The translations under genes and the position numbers were made by a program. From an uncultured Acidimicrobiia bacterium (lineage in GTDB: Bacteria > Acidobacteriota > Terriglobia > Versatilivoradales > Versatilivoraceae), in the NCBI GenBank assembly GCA_963786955.1, contig CAWBAT010000005.1:1216001-1280000 (forward strand): a stretch of 64,000 bases of DNA, in the 5' to 3' direction. The notes under the pieces were generated by a model. It had not been told where the DNA came from. It saw only the letters and a list, made by a program, of their open reading frames with translations, and searched no databases. Shown one piece after another: positions 31,229 to 41,492 of the stretch. How positions within the stretch are numbered: the stretch's first letter is position 1; each line of letters opens with the position of its first letter.

Positions 31229-32290
31229 ATGGAAAGTGCGGTTTCAGTGCATCCAATATCAGCAGAAGCCGTTAATATAATTTCGCCATTTCCTCTGAAC
31301 GCCTCAGATAGACCTCCACTTCTCTTCGGTTGTAGCGAGAAGATGAGAGAGGTTCAGAGGATCATCGATCAAGTTGCGGATACCGACATCACCGTCTTGA
31401 TTCGTGGGGAAAGTGGCACTGGTAAGGAGCTAGTAGCTCGGGAACTCTGTATTCGTTCGGCCAGACGGGATAAACCCTTTGTTAAGGTCAATTGTGCAGC
31501 TATCCCTTCCGAATTATTGGAGAGTGAGCTTTTCGGGTTTGAAAAAGGCTCCTTTACGGGGGCGATATCAAGAAAGCCTGGGAAATTTGAGTTTGCCAAT
31601 CACGGGACGATTTTCCTCGACGAGATCAGCGAAATGCATCCCACCTTACAGGCCAAGCTCCTGCATGTTCTTCAAGATCGAGAGTTTAGTCGGCTAGGGG
31701 GGGATGAGGATGTCAGCGTGGATGTACGCGTAATCACTGCCACGAATCGGCAGATCGAAAAAGAGCTGCAGAACGGTACATTCCGGGAAGATCTCTATTA
31801 TCGGATCAATGTGGTCAGCATTCATCTCCCTCCTCTTCGGGAACGCAAGGAAGATATTGCAGAGCTTTCAGATTACTTCCTGAGAAAGTATTCATCAATT
31901 TTCGACAAGAGATATCAGGCTCTCTCAACATCGACCCAAAATGCCTTATTTGCTTATAACTGGCCGGGGAATGTCAGAGAGCTCGAGAATCTGGTCAAGA
32001 AAATTGTTGTCTTTGAGAATGAGGAATACGCTTTACAAAGCTTAGATCCGGGCTTGATCACTACAACGACCAGCGTGTCAGTCGGCGAAACTGGGACAAA
32101 CGGCAGGGTTTCTTTGAAGAAGATTGGCAAGTTAGCTGCCCAAGAGGCGGAAAAACAATTGATTCTCAAAACCTTGTTGGAAACCCGTTGGAATCGCAAA
32201 AAGGCAGCCGATCTTTTGGAAATCAGTTACAAGGCATTACTTTATAAGATTAAACAGGCGGGTTTGAGCAAAAAGAGGATCACGATCTAA
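31229..32290 (+). CDS. Sigma54-dependent enhancer-binding protein (AAA+ plus Fis HTH) lacking a receiver domain
   Basis: GESGTGKE, ESELFGFEKGSFTGA, FLDEI, WPGNVREL and C-terminal HTH; only ~30 aa before the AAA+ domain. Confidence 0.93.
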   Translation: MESAVSVHPISAEAVNIISPFPLNASDRPPLLFGCSEKMREVQRIIDQVADTDITVLIRGESGTGKELVARELCIRSARRDKPFVKVNCAAIPSELLESELFGFEKGSFTGAISRKPGKFEFANHGTIFLDEISEMHPTLQAKLLHVLQDREFSRLGGDEDVSVDVRVITATNRQIEKELQNGTFREDLYYRINVVSIHLPPLRERKEDIAELSDYFLRKYSSIFDKRYQALSTSTQNALFAYNWPGNVRELENLVKKIVVFENEEYALQSLDPGLITTTTSVSVGETGTNGRVSLKKIGKLAAQEAEKQLILKTLLETRWNRKKAADLLEISYKALLYKIKQAGLSKKRITI

Positions 32291-32342
32291 CGGGTTTCCC
32301 CAAAACTCCAAGAAATTTTCAAACACCACGGAGAGACCGCTG

Positions 32343-32819
32343 ATGACCAATACTCCTGAGGAAGTCCATAAGCCGGAATTCAAGGTGGCCGCTGAAAAGG
32401 AGTTAAAGCGCTGCCTTCGATACCAAAATTTTGCCTCATTACTCTTATTAAGTGTTACGCCCGACACAATCTCTGCCGGATCCGACGGTTCTTCTGCCGT
32501 GACGGGTGATAGGCTCATGGGGCTAATCAAAAACGCAGTTCGTGAAACAGATGTTATCGATTTAGATAAAGAAGGCTTAATAACAGTTTTGCTGCTCTAT
32601 TCCGATAAAAAGGTGGCTCAACGCGTTGGGGACCGTTTGCAAGATTGGATCTCTAACTACGTCGATGGGAAGAGGAATTCAGGCTCTCCAAGAGTCCATT
32701 CTGGAGGGGCTTGTTTCCCTTCACACGCAACTGATTATGGAACGCTGTTTCAATTGGCGTTCGAGATGGTAGAAAAAGCCAGGAACTCAGGGAAAACACA
32801 GGTGCAGATCTTCGAGTAG
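32343..32819 (+). CDS. Degenerate GGDEF-like protein retaining an RxxD I-site
   Basis: ELKRCLRY...SLLLL...VRETDVIDLDKEGLITVLL...SGGACFP GGDEF fold pattern; GG(D/E)EF replaced by KEGLI. Confidence 0.7.
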   Translation: MTNTPEEVHKPEFKVAAEKELKRCLRYQNFASLLLLSVTPDTISAGSDGSSAVTGDRLMGLIKNAVRETDVIDLDKEGLITVLLLYSDKKVAQRVGDRLQDWISNYVDGKRNSGSPRVHSGGACFPSHATDYGTLFQLAFEMVEKARNSGKTQVQIFE

Positions 32820-32875
32820 GTCTAGACCTACTTTGCCTTAGTTAAAAAGCAAGTTGGACGCTAGGTGGGTAAGTT

Positions 32876-33526
32876 ATGTTAATTCAAGAGATTACACTTA
32901 AGAAAGCCCTGCTCTTCACAATCCTGTTAGGGGTACTAGTCTTGACGACGACATTTGTAGCAGATGAGAAGAGCGAGGATAAGAAGGATTCTTCAGAGTC
33001 CACAACGGTTCTAACAGGCCCTCAGAAATCTCCTGATCAGATGGCAGGAGACTTCGTGATAGGTCCCGGCGACATGTTGCATATATTCGTTTGGAAAGAG
33101 CCGGATCTATCCAAGGATGTCCCAGTTAGGCCAGATGGCAAGATCTCATTGCCTTTAGTCAATGATGTTCAAGCAAGCGGGTTAAGTGCGATGCAATTGA
33201 AGAACACGCTTGAAGAAAAACTCTCAAAATTTATCAACGACCCCAATGTGACGGTTACCGTTCAAACAGTCACCAGCCATAAAGTTATTCTCATGGGGGA
33301 AGTCACTCTCCCGGGTCCGCGTCCTTTGGCAGGGCCGATGAGAGTCATGGATATCTTGGCAACGACCGGATTTACTCCCTTTTCAAAGACCACCAAAGTC
33401 TATGTCCTGAGAAATGAAGACGGGAAACAGCAGAAGTTTGCATTCAATTATAAGGATTATTTGAAAGGTAAAAATCCAGAGCAGAACATTTTGCTAAAAA
33501 ACGGAGATACGATCGTCGTCCCTTGA
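32876..33526 (+). CDS. Polysaccharide export protein (Wza/OPX, short form)
   Basis: FVIGPGDML.IFVWKEPDLS..VPVRPDGKISLPLV motif plus SLBB domain ending GDTIVVP. Confidence 0.92.
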   Translation: MLIQEITLKKALLFTILLGVLVLTTTFVADEKSEDKKDSSESTTVLTGPQKSPDQMAGDFVIGPGDMLHIFVWKEPDLSKDVPVRPDGKISLPLVNDVQASGLSAMQLKNTLEEKLSKFINDPNVTVTVQTVTSHKVILMGEVTLPGPRPLAGPMRVMDILATTGFTPFSKTTKVYVLRNEDGKQQKFAFNYKDYLKGKNPEQNILLKNGDTIVVP

Positions 33527-33555
33527 CTTGATAGGGACGGGATCGGCTAACGCTT

Positions 33556-35004
33556 ATGACTGAAACTACTAAGAAATTTGTGCTCTACACTGTCCTGGCG
33601 CTTGCCACGATGGGCTTTGTTTTCGAAATGTCGGTCTCCGCCCAGTCCCAGCCAGCGGCGCAAAACACAGCGGGCGTGCAGGGCCAGTTGCCATCGACGA
33701 GTACAGCCGCAGATGAATTCAGAACTCCGTCGGCCAACGCGCTGGGCAGCATTTTCTTTGAGTCAAGAAATTCGCTCATTTTTTCTCTTGGAGCCGCGGA
33801 ATCTTTTACTAATAACCTTTATTATTCGGGGCTTTCCTATGTGCAATATGGCAATGGGTCGGGGTACACGGGAGACTATTTTCCGATAACTTCTCTTACG
33901 GGACGTGTGGCCTATCAACGCGAAACGCAAAAGACAACTCTGGGAATTGACTACGGGGTTGGTTACGGAATAATTACCAAGGCAGGCCCGAATAATTTCC
34001 TCTCGCAAGACGGCGGTATTTATTTAACTCAGCGCGTCACGCCACGGTTTAATTTCAACATTTCGAGTTCGGCCTACGTCTCCCCATTTACGAATCGATC
34101 CTATTCTCCGGAAGGGATTCTCCCCCCTTTGAGTCCAAACATAGTTCCCAATAACTCGCAGATTATGGGTTATGGTCGGGCGATTGGAAGTACAACGGCT
34201 GGAGGATTCACCTATGAACTGAGCCGCCGGTCTAGTTTTAACACGAACCTTTATTATACCCTGACAAGATACCAGCAGGTTGGGTCTTACTCAATGAACC
34301 AGCCCGGTGTAAATGCTCAATATAGTTACCGGCTGAAAGAGCGGACCAGCATGCAGTTGGGATACTTGTTCAGCTACTACAGTTATGATGATCGACAGGC
34401 GCTTTCAGGCGGTAAGCTTTCTGAAGGGAGCAGTATTTACCGAAATCATTTCCCTTACATTGGGCTCACCCAGCAAATCACACCTGCGATTTCCGGGTCA
34501 ATTCAGGTCGGGCCTAACTTTATCATCGGAAATCCCATTTATTATGTTGGAGGAGGAACCGGCGCACGTCCCGGGCCTTTCCTGGGTGTCAATGGCACTC
34601 TTACATTCAGCGAAGCCGTCTCTCATGACCCGAGAACTTTCTACTCAATCAATTTGGGACAAGTGACGAGTGACGGCTCCGGCCTTGGCTATGTTACCGT
34701 CACGCGAAATGTCGGAGGCTCTGTGGGCCACCTTTTTACAAAGAAGCTATTGGGTTCCATTAATGGGGGCTATTCACACAACCAATACCCAATGAACCTC
34801 GATTCGAGCGGTCAGTCCTTGTTGGCCAACACTATCTCGGCTGGAGCCTTCTTAAGGTTGAATACGAGCCAAAGGTTTCAGGTATATGCTAACTACATTT
34901 ACGTCCGCCAATTATCTGAAGGATTTAGCGGATACATACCGGGGAATGGATTTGGAAACACGTTTACGATTGGAATCAACTACCTTCATCCAATCTTCTT
35001 TTGA
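33556..35004 (+). CDS. Outer-membrane beta-barrel protein associated with EPS export
   Basis: Signal peptide, Tyr/Gly-rich amphipathic strands, C-terminal Phe; lies between the OPX and chain-length genes. Confidence 0.72.
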   Translation: MTETTKKFVLYTVLALATMGFVFEMSVSAQSQPAAQNTAGVQGQLPSTSTAADEFRTPSANALGSIFFESRNSLIFSLGAAESFTNNLYYSGLSYVQYGNGSGYTGDYFPITSLTGRVAYQRETQKTTLGIDYGVGYGIITKAGPNNFLSQDGGIYLTQRVTPRFNFNISSSAYVSPFTNRSYSPEGILPPLSPNIVPNNSQIMGYGRAIGSTTAGGFTYELSRRSSFNTNLYYTLTRYQQVGSYSMNQPGVNAQYSYRLKERTSMQLGYLFSYYSYDDRQALSGGKLSEGSSIYRNHFPYIGLTQQITPAISGSIQVGPNFIIGNPIYYVGGGTGARPGPFLGVNGTLTFSEAVSHDPRTFYSINLGQVTSDGSGLGYVTVTRNVGGSVGHLFTKKLLGSINGGYSHNQYPMNLDSSGQSLLANTISAGAFLRLNTSQRFQVYANYIYVRQLSEGFSGYIPGNGFGNTFTIGINYLHPIFF

Positions 35005-35032
35005 TGTTTACTGCTAAGAGTGGGGCGACCCG

Positions 35033-36610
35033 ATGAAAGACATCCAGAACCTGCAGGTACAGGATTACATAGAGATCATTAAGAGGCGAGTCTTGTGGAT
35101 TCTTGTTCCGGCGCTATTGGTTAGTTTGGCTACTTATCTTTATGTCAGAACTCTTCCGAATGTTTATCTGTCGGAAACAGTCATTTTGGTGGAAGCACCG
35201 AAGATTCCCGTCGAGTATGTGAGGTCAACGGCTTCGGCTATCCAAAACTTACTGTCAACAATATCTCAGCAAATCATGAGTAGAACAAGACTCGAAAAGA
35301 TCATCATTGAAAACAATCTTTATTTTGAGAAACGCAAGAAATCTCCAATGGAAGATGTTGTTGAGGGGATGCGAAAGGAGATTGAGCTAAAGGTCACTAA
35401 AGCGGAGGGACGATCCGCTGATTCGTTTACGTTATCTTACGAAACCTATAGTCCAGAAATTGCTCAAAGAGTGACTTCCCAGCTTGCCTCACTCTATATC
35501 GAAGAGAATCTAAAAAATCGCGAAGAGCAGACCGAAGACGTGACCCAGTTTCTGGATTCTCAGTTGAAAGAGACCGAGACAAAGCTCAACCAACTTGAAA
35601 TAAGACTAGGCGAATTCAAATCTCGCAATATGGGCGCGCTCCCTGAACAGGAAAATGCGAACATTGCAGTTTTGAATGGCTTGCAACAGCAATTGCAGGC
35701 CAACATTGATTCTACCAATCGGCTCGAGGATCAGAAAACCTATCAGAATAGGCTCCTGTCGGAGCTGAGATCGCTCGGGAATCTTGCAAAATCCCGAAGA
35801 TCAGATGCATCATCGGCATCCAAAGCGGCGCCGTCATTGCCGAATGGACCTCAATCGGAGCTGGAAGGGCTCAAGACCCAAAGAGACATTCTCCTGAGCC
35901 GATATACTAAAGACCATCCCGATGTCCGGAAGTTGGAGTTACAGATCGCGCAGTTGGAGAGGACGATACCCACTACTAGGGAAACTCCGTTGCAGAATGG
36001 ATTACCCGACGCAAATTCAGGAGCAGCAGTCGCACAGCCGGATCTTGAGTCGGCACAGATCAAAAACCAGATTGAAGTCTTAGATCAGCAGCTTAAACGG
36101 GGCTTGATTGAACAGCAAAGAATTCGGGCGCAAATCGGATCTTATCAAGTTCGCGTGGACTCTTCACCGAGGGTTGAACAGCAGCAAAAGGAAATCAGCC
36201 GAGATTACGACATCACCAAGCAGCATTACCAGACACTGCTTGCAAAGAGGAATGACGCGGCAATGGCCACAAACTTGGAGAAACGTCAGAAAGGAGAGCA
36301 ATTTCGGATTATTGACCCGGCCAGTTTCCCGGAGAAACCCACAAAGCCGGATCGGTTAAGACTCAATCTATTTGGACTTCTCGCGGGGCTTGCGATTGGT
36401 TTTGGAATAGCCTTGAGTCTAGAGCTTGCCGACGAATCCATAAGAAGCGAACACGAACTAGCTCGCTTGACCAGTTTGCCCGTATTGGCTTCCATACCAG
36501 TCATTTCAACGGTATATCCAACCGATCCGGGAAGCCGCTTGGATCCGGTCCCGAACAAAGCTTTTACAATGTTTGCTAAAAGTGACAAGCATCAAAAGCA
36601 ATCTGTTTGA
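35033..36610 (+). CDS. Polysaccharide chain-length determinant / co-polymerase (GumC/Wzc N-part)
   Basis: Two TM helices, coiled coils, YTKDHPDV and FRIIDPASFPEKP motifs. Confidence 0.9.
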   Translation: MKDIQNLQVQDYIEIIKRRVLWILVPALLVSLATYLYVRTLPNVYLSETVILVEAPKIPVEYVRSTASAIQNLLSTISQQIMSRTRLEKIIIENNLYFEKRKKSPMEDVVEGMRKEIELKVTKAEGRSADSFTLSYETYSPEIAQRVTSQLASLYIEENLKNREEQTEDVTQFLDSQLKETETKLNQLEIRLGEFKSRNMGALPEQENANIAVLNGLQQQLQANIDSTNRLEDQKTYQNRLLSELRSLGNLAKSRRSDASSASKAAPSLPNGPQSELEGLKTQRDILLSRYTKDHPDVRKLELQIAQLERTIPTTRETPLQNGLPDANSGAAVAQPDLESAQIKNQIEVLDQQLKRGLIEQQRIRAQIGSYQVRVDSSPRVEQQQKEISRDYDITKQHYQTLLAKRNDAAMATNLEKRQKGEQFRIIDPASFPEKPTKPDRLRLNLFGLLAGLAIGFGIALSLELADESIRSEHELARLTSLPVLASIPVISTVYPTDPGSRLDPVPNKAFTMFAKSDKHQKQSV

Positions 36611-36628
36611 GTGTTATTGAGGAGGCCT

Positions 36629-37618
36629 ATGTACGAGGGGTTCTACAACCTAAAAGAAAAACCTTTTAACCTGAGCCCTGACCCGCGTTTCATTTACTTT
36701 ACCGAAAGGCATTGTGAAGCGCTGGCAAACCTGGTTTATGGGATTCGAGAGCGGAAAGGGTTTATGGTTCTCTCGGGAGAAGTGGGTACAGGAAAAACCA
36801 CCCTGGTCAATGCGCTTCTCGACACCCTGGACCGGTCAGGTGTTTTGACAGCCTTTATTTTTAACCCCATTCTCACCAGCCCGGAGTTTTTTGAATACTT
36901 GCTGACAGACCTTAATCTGAAAGCCGATCCCCGCTCGAAGAGTCAGGCATTAATTAAACTCAATTCCCTCCTCTTAGAAAGATATCGAATGGGCCAGGCT
37001 ACCGTATTGATCATCGACGAATCACAGAATCTCAGCTCCGAAATTCTTGAAGAGATTCGGCTGCTGACGAACCTGGAGACCGCAACGGAGAAGTTGCTCC
37101 AAATTGTTTTGGTCGGCCAGCCGGAATTGAGCCTTAAACTCAACTCACCTGAGTTGCGCCAATTGAAGCAGCGCATTAGCTTGCGTTGTAATCTGGATCC
37201 TCTAACTCTCTATGAGACCAAAGAATACATCAAGACCCGGCTTGAGATTGCCGGTTTATCGGATCAGCAGATTTTTGCCGACAACGTCGTGGCTGAAATC
37301 TATCGCTGCTCGGGAGGGATTCCGCGGCTGGTCAACACGATTTGTGACAACGCCCTGCTGACTGGTTACGCCTGCGACGCAACATCCATAGAAGTTGAAA
37401 TCATTCGGGAGGTAGCCGAGGATCTCGAACTGGCTGATATCCATCACCATCCACTCCGCAGAGCAACACCTTCCCGGCAACAGAGTTTTTCCAGTTCCGA
37501 AAGTAAGAATTTTTTTGAACCGAAAATTGCTGAACAAGAAGAAGAAAGTCAGCGTGAGGATCCTTCCTTTGACCTGTTTGTGCAATTTGTAGACAAGTTG
37601 AAAACACGAGGCAAGTAA
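36629..37618 (+). CDS. ExeA/GspA-like AAA ATPase
   Basis: MYEGFYNLKEKPF.LSPDP, GEVGTGKT, IIDESQNL, LVGQPEL, GGIPRLVN. Confidence 0.9.
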   Translation: MYEGFYNLKEKPFNLSPDPRFIYFTERHCEALANLVYGIRERKGFMVLSGEVGTGKTTLVNALLDTLDRSGVLTAFIFNPILTSPEFFEYLLTDLNLKADPRSKSQALIKLNSLLLERYRMGQATVLIIDESQNLSSEILEEIRLLTNLETATEKLLQIVLVGQPELSLKLNSPELRQLKQRISLRCNLDPLTLYETKEYIKTRLEIAGLSDQQIFADNVVAEIYRCSGGIPRLVNTICDNALLTGYACDATSIEVEIIREVAEDLELADIHHHPLRRATPSRQQSFSSSESKNFFEPKIAEQEEESQREDPSFDLFVQFVDKLKTRGK

Positions 37619-37626
37619 GAAAACCT

Positions 37627-38535
37627 ATGAGTCGAATTCATGAGGCTATTCGAAAGGCAGAGCGGGAAAACCCTAATGGGAAGTCTGTTGTTCCTGGAAT
37701 GCGGCAAGCCCTTTCTGAGTTCATTAAGGGCGAGATTCTCTCAACAAGGCCAGCCGAACAGGAGCGGCTTCAGGGCAAAGCTCGTCTCATGGAGCCAAAC
37801 CCTAAAGTTGAAAGGAAAGTAAATTCTGATACCTTTCCGCTACCGATCGCACATGAATTTAGGCTGGTGAGTATTTTGGCTCCTAAGTCAGTACCCAGCG
37901 AGCAGTATCGTTCGCTCAAAGCGAAATTCTATCGAGTTAGAAATGAACGCCGTTTGAAATCGATCTTAGTCACTAGTGCAGCCCCTGGGGAGGGTAAGAC
38001 CTTGACGGCTGTCAACCTGGCGCTGACGTTTGCCCAGGAGATTGACAAAAAAGTGCTTCTGATCGATTGCGACCTGCGGAGGCCCTCTGTCCACAAGCTC
38101 ATCGGTTTGGATCAACCCCAAGGCCTGGCAGACTTCCTCGCGAAAAAAATTTCTTCATCAGAAGCTATTGTAGCTACGAGAATCTCCAACTTTTCTGTCA
38201 TGCCGGCGGGTCGAATTCCGGAGAACCCGGCTGAACTGCTAAACACCCAAGCGATGCGTGATTTTGTGGCTGCTTCTTCAGAAGAGTACGATTGGGTGAT
38301 CCTGGACTCTCCCCCACTCATCCCCCTGGCGGACACCGAAACGATTTCATCTATGGTGGATGGAATCATGCTGGTTGTCCGGGCCAACCAAACTCCGGCA
38401 TCTTTGATAACAAGCTGTGTTGAGAAGCTCAAAGGAAAGAACATCTTGGGTTTTGTTTTTAACGGTTCGAAGCTATCTCAGAAATCAAAATACTATTACC
38501 AGTACGACTATTCAGATCAATCTCCGAAACTCTAG
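37627..38535 (+). CDS. BY-kinase (CpsD/CapB family tyrosine kinase)
   Basis: EQYRSL, PGEGKT, IDCDLRRP, DSPP motifs; C-terminal YYYQYDY tyrosine cluster. Confidence 0.93.
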   Translation: MSRIHEAIRKAERENPNGKSVVPGMRQALSEFIKGEILSTRPAEQERLQGKARLMEPNPKVERKVNSDTFPLPIAHEFRLVSILAPKSVPSEQYRSLKAKFYRVRNERRLKSILVTSAAPGEGKTLTAVNLALTFAQEIDKKVLLIDCDLRRPSVHKLIGLDQPQGLADFLAKKISSSEAIVATRISNFSVMPAGRIPENPAELLNTQAMRDFVAASSEEYDWVILDSPPLIPLADTETISSMVDGIMLVVRANQTPASLITSCVEKLKGKNILGFVFNGSKLSQKSKYYYQYDYSDQSPKL

Positions 38536-38538
38536 CTT

Positions 38539-39933
38539 ATGTTGAGGAATTTCAACTATTACTTTCCTCGTCGCACGATTTTTCTCGTGGTCTCAGAGAA
38601 TCTGCTGATTTTTGGAATTATTCAGTTGGCGGTCTTCATGAGATCAGGGTTTGAGACAGGTTCTGGAGTAAATTCTCTGAACTTGATGGCGAGAGTCGTT
38701 TTGATCACATTAGTCTGCCAGATGTCTCTCTATTATCACGATCTTTACGATCTCCGTATCGTCAAAGAGAGCAAGGAACTCTTTGTCCGTCTCATTCAGT
38801 CTGTGGGCATTTCAGCTATTTTGGTGGCCGGAATCTATCTCGTTTTCCCATCAACGTTTCTGGGTCAGGGGGTATTCGTCTTATCAACGCTTTTTCTGTT
38901 GACGTTGCTTTCAGTATGGCGAGTCACCTTCAGGAAGCTGAGCCAAATTCGGGACTTGAAGAAACCCCTCGTGATTTTGGGTATGGGCCATCTGGCAGAG
39001 AAACTTTACGCCGAGATACTCAGTCGTCCCGAAGTGGGGGTTCGTATTGTCGGATTCATCTCTGACGACCCGGAAACAAGGGGAAATTCTGTAAATAGCC
39101 TCCCAGTGCTTGGTTATACTTCTGAGTTGCTCCAACTGGTTGCGCGGGAGAAAGTGGCCGGACTGGTTGTCGCAATGCCTGAAAGCCGTGGGAAATTGCC
39201 CGTCCGGGAATTGCTGGAATTGAAGCTCCAAGGTGTCTCGATTGAAGAAGCCACTTCACTGTACGAACAAATCACCGGGAAGATTGCTGTCGAGAATTTG
39301 CGCCCGAGCTGGCTGATCTTTTCCCATGGATTTAAAAAGTCCAGACTGGCGCTTTTTTACAAGCGAGTTTTTGGAATTGTTTTCTCACTGGTTGGATTGT
39401 TGATTTGTTCTCCATTGATGGCTGTAGTTGCCGTGCTGATCAAGCTGGATTCCAAAGGCCCGGTTTTTTTCAAGCAACAACGGGTTGGGGAGAATGGCAA
39501 GGTATTCGAACTTTTGAAGTTTCGATCCATGTACCACAACGCTGAAACGAAAACGGGCCCTATCTGGGCGCAGAAAAATGATGCCCGAGTGACGCGGGTC
39601 GGAAATTTGATAAGAAGGATCCGGCTGGATGAGGTCCCTCAATTTATTAATGTATTGCTTGGTGACATGAGCTTTGTTGGCCCGAGACCTGAGCGCCCAA
39701 ACTTTGTCGAGCAATTGACGGAAGTGATCCCCTATTACAATCAGCGGCATACCGTCAAACCAGGGATTACGGGGTGGGCTCAAATCAAATTCCGCTATGG
39801 AAATACGATCGAAGATACATTGGAGAAACTACAATACGATCTTTTCTACATCAAGCACATGTCTATCTCTTTAGACCTCTTTATCATCTTACAGACGATT
39901 AAGATCGTCATGCAGGGACGGGGAGCTTATTAA
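38539..39933 (+). CDS. Priming undecaprenyl-phosphate sugar phosphotransferase
   Basis: N-terminal TM helices; KFRSM, DEVPQ, GDMSFVGPRPERP, KPGITGWAQ. Confidence 0.93.
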   Translation: MLRNFNYYFPRRTIFLVVSENLLIFGIIQLAVFMRSGFETGSGVNSLNLMARVVLITLVCQMSLYYHDLYDLRIVKESKELFVRLIQSVGISAILVAGIYLVFPSTFLGQGVFVLSTLFLLTLLSVWRVTFRKLSQIRDLKKPLVILGMGHLAEKLYAEILSRPEVGVRIVGFISDDPETRGNSVNSLPVLGYTSELLQLVAREKVAGLVVAMPESRGKLPVRELLELKLQGVSIEEATSLYEQITGKIAVENLRPSWLIFSHGFKKSRLALFYKRVFGIVFSLVGLLICSPLMAVVAVLIKLDSKGPVFFKQQRVGENGKVFELLKFRSMYHNAETKTGPIWAQKNDARVTRVGNLIRRIRLDEVPQFINVLLGDMSFVGPRPERPNFVEQLTEVIPYYNQRHTVKPGITGWAQIKFRYGNTIEDTLEKLQYDLFYIKHMSISLDLFIILQTIKIVMQGRGAY

Positions 39934-39983
39934 TACAAACGCAGGAAGTAAAACTACACTTTGGGCCATCCTCGAATTGTTCT

Positions 39984-40090
39984 CCTTCACCCGGTCCGCC
40001 TGTTGGCGGACCACGCTCTCCCCCCGGGGAGTCAGCCAAACCTGCACATTTCCTACACGGAATGACTATACAAGGAGCCGGGGTGAGGGA
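39984..40090. repeat. GC-rich palindromic intergenic element (CCTTCACCC...GGGGTGAGGG type) with an internal hairpin
   Basis: GGTCCGCC-TGTT-GGCGGACC hairpin; near-complementary termini. Confidence 0.45.
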
Positions 40091-40180
40091 GAAATTGTCA
40101 AAATACCTACTGCGTTTATATTAGTTCTGAGAATTGCTCATGTTTGAAGGCTGTAAATTCATCGCTGAGGCCATCTTCAA

Positions 40181-41485
40181 GTGCACATAACAGTAGTGGG
40201 CACAGGATACGTCGGGTTGGTGTCTGGAGCAGGATTCGCAGATTTTGGGCTTGACGTGACCTGTGTGGACTGTGATGAAACAAAAATCCAGGCTCTCGCA
40301 GATGGGGTGATCCCAATCTATGAGATCGGTTTAGAAGAAATCATTAGACGAAACGTCAAGAATCGCAGGCTACACTTCTCTACAGATCTGAAAACGGCTG
40401 TTCAAAGGTCGCTCGTCATCTTTATTGCTGTGGGCACGCCGGAAGGCGCCGATGGAAATCCGGATTTAAGTCAGGTTGAAACGGTTGCCCGCCAGTTGGC
40501 TGAATACATGGATGACTACAAAGTCATTGTCACGAAGAGCACGGTACCGATTGGAACCGGGAAATGGATCAAAAAGTTCATCCAGGATCACCAGAAAGAA
40601 AAGATTAATTTTGACGTGATTTCCAATCCCGAATTCCTTCGCGAAGGGTCAGCAATAGAAGATTTCATGCGACCTAATCGGGTCGTCATTGGAGCAGACA
40701 GTGAGCAGGCGGCGGCAATCGTAAAGGACATTTATCGTCCGCTTTATTTGATTGAAACCCCATTTGTGGTCACGAATCTGGAGACGGCTGAACTGAGCAA
40801 ATACGCCTCAAATGCATTTCTGGCAACCAAGATCACCTTTATCAATGAGGTAGCTAATCTTTGTGAAAAAGTTGGAGCGGATGTTCACGACGTTGCTCGG
40901 GCTATGGGTTTAGATAAGCGAATTGGGCCAAAATTTTTGCATCCAGGCCCAGGATACGGGGGGTCTTGCTTTCCCAAAGATACTCTTGCTTTGGCCAGAA
41001 TGGGAAGAAAATGTGGCTCTCCCCTCGGGATTGTAGATGCTGTAATCGAAGCAAACCGAAAACAGCGGGATATCATCATCGAGAAAATGGATCACGTTTT
41101 GGGGGGGCTTTCCGATAAGGTTTTTGGTGTGCTTGGGCTTTCTTTTAAGCCAAATACGGACGATGTTCGAGAGTCTCCTGCGATCGAAATATGTCATAGA
41201 CTGATGACAGTTGGTGCGTCGATCAGGGCTTATGATCCTGTTGCCATTCCCAACGCGAAAAGGCTGTTGAATGGAGATCGAATTGTATATTGCTCTGACA
41301 GCTACGAAGCTGCCTTAGGTGTCGATGCAATCTTGTTAGCGACAGAATGGAATGAATTTCGCAATATCGATTTAGAGAAGATCAAGTCGCTCATGAAGGC
41401 AGCTGTTATTTTCGATACAAGAAATGTTTTCGAGCCTGGGAAAATGCAGGCTCTTGGCTTTAGGTACTATGGCACAGGAAGATAG
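40181..41485 (+). CDS. ugd: UDP-glucose 6-dehydrogenase
   Basis: VGTGYVG, NPEFLREG, GYGGSCFPKD, FKPNTDDVRESP. Confidence 0.95.
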   Translation: MHITVVGTGYVGLVSGAGFADFGLDVTCVDCDETKIQALADGVIPIYEIGLEEIIRRNVKNRRLHFSTDLKTAVQRSLVIFIAVGTPEGADGNPDLSQVETVARQLAEYMDDYKVIVTKSTVPIGTGKWIKKFIQDHQKEKINFDVISNPEFLREGSAIEDFMRPNRVVIGADSEQAAAIVKDIYRPLYLIETPFVVTNLETAELSKYASNAFLATKITFINEVANLCEKVGADVHDVARAMGLDKRIGPKFLHPGPGYGGSCFPKDTLALARMGRKCGSPLGIVDAVIEANRKQRDIIIEKMDHVLGGLSDKVFGVLGLSFKPNTDDVRESPAIEICHRLMTVGASIRAYDPVAIPNAKRLLNGDRIVYCSDSYEAALGVDAILLATEWNEFRNIDLEKIKSLMKAAVIFDTRNVFEPGKMQALGFRYYGTGR

Positions 41486-41492
41486 GTTACCC

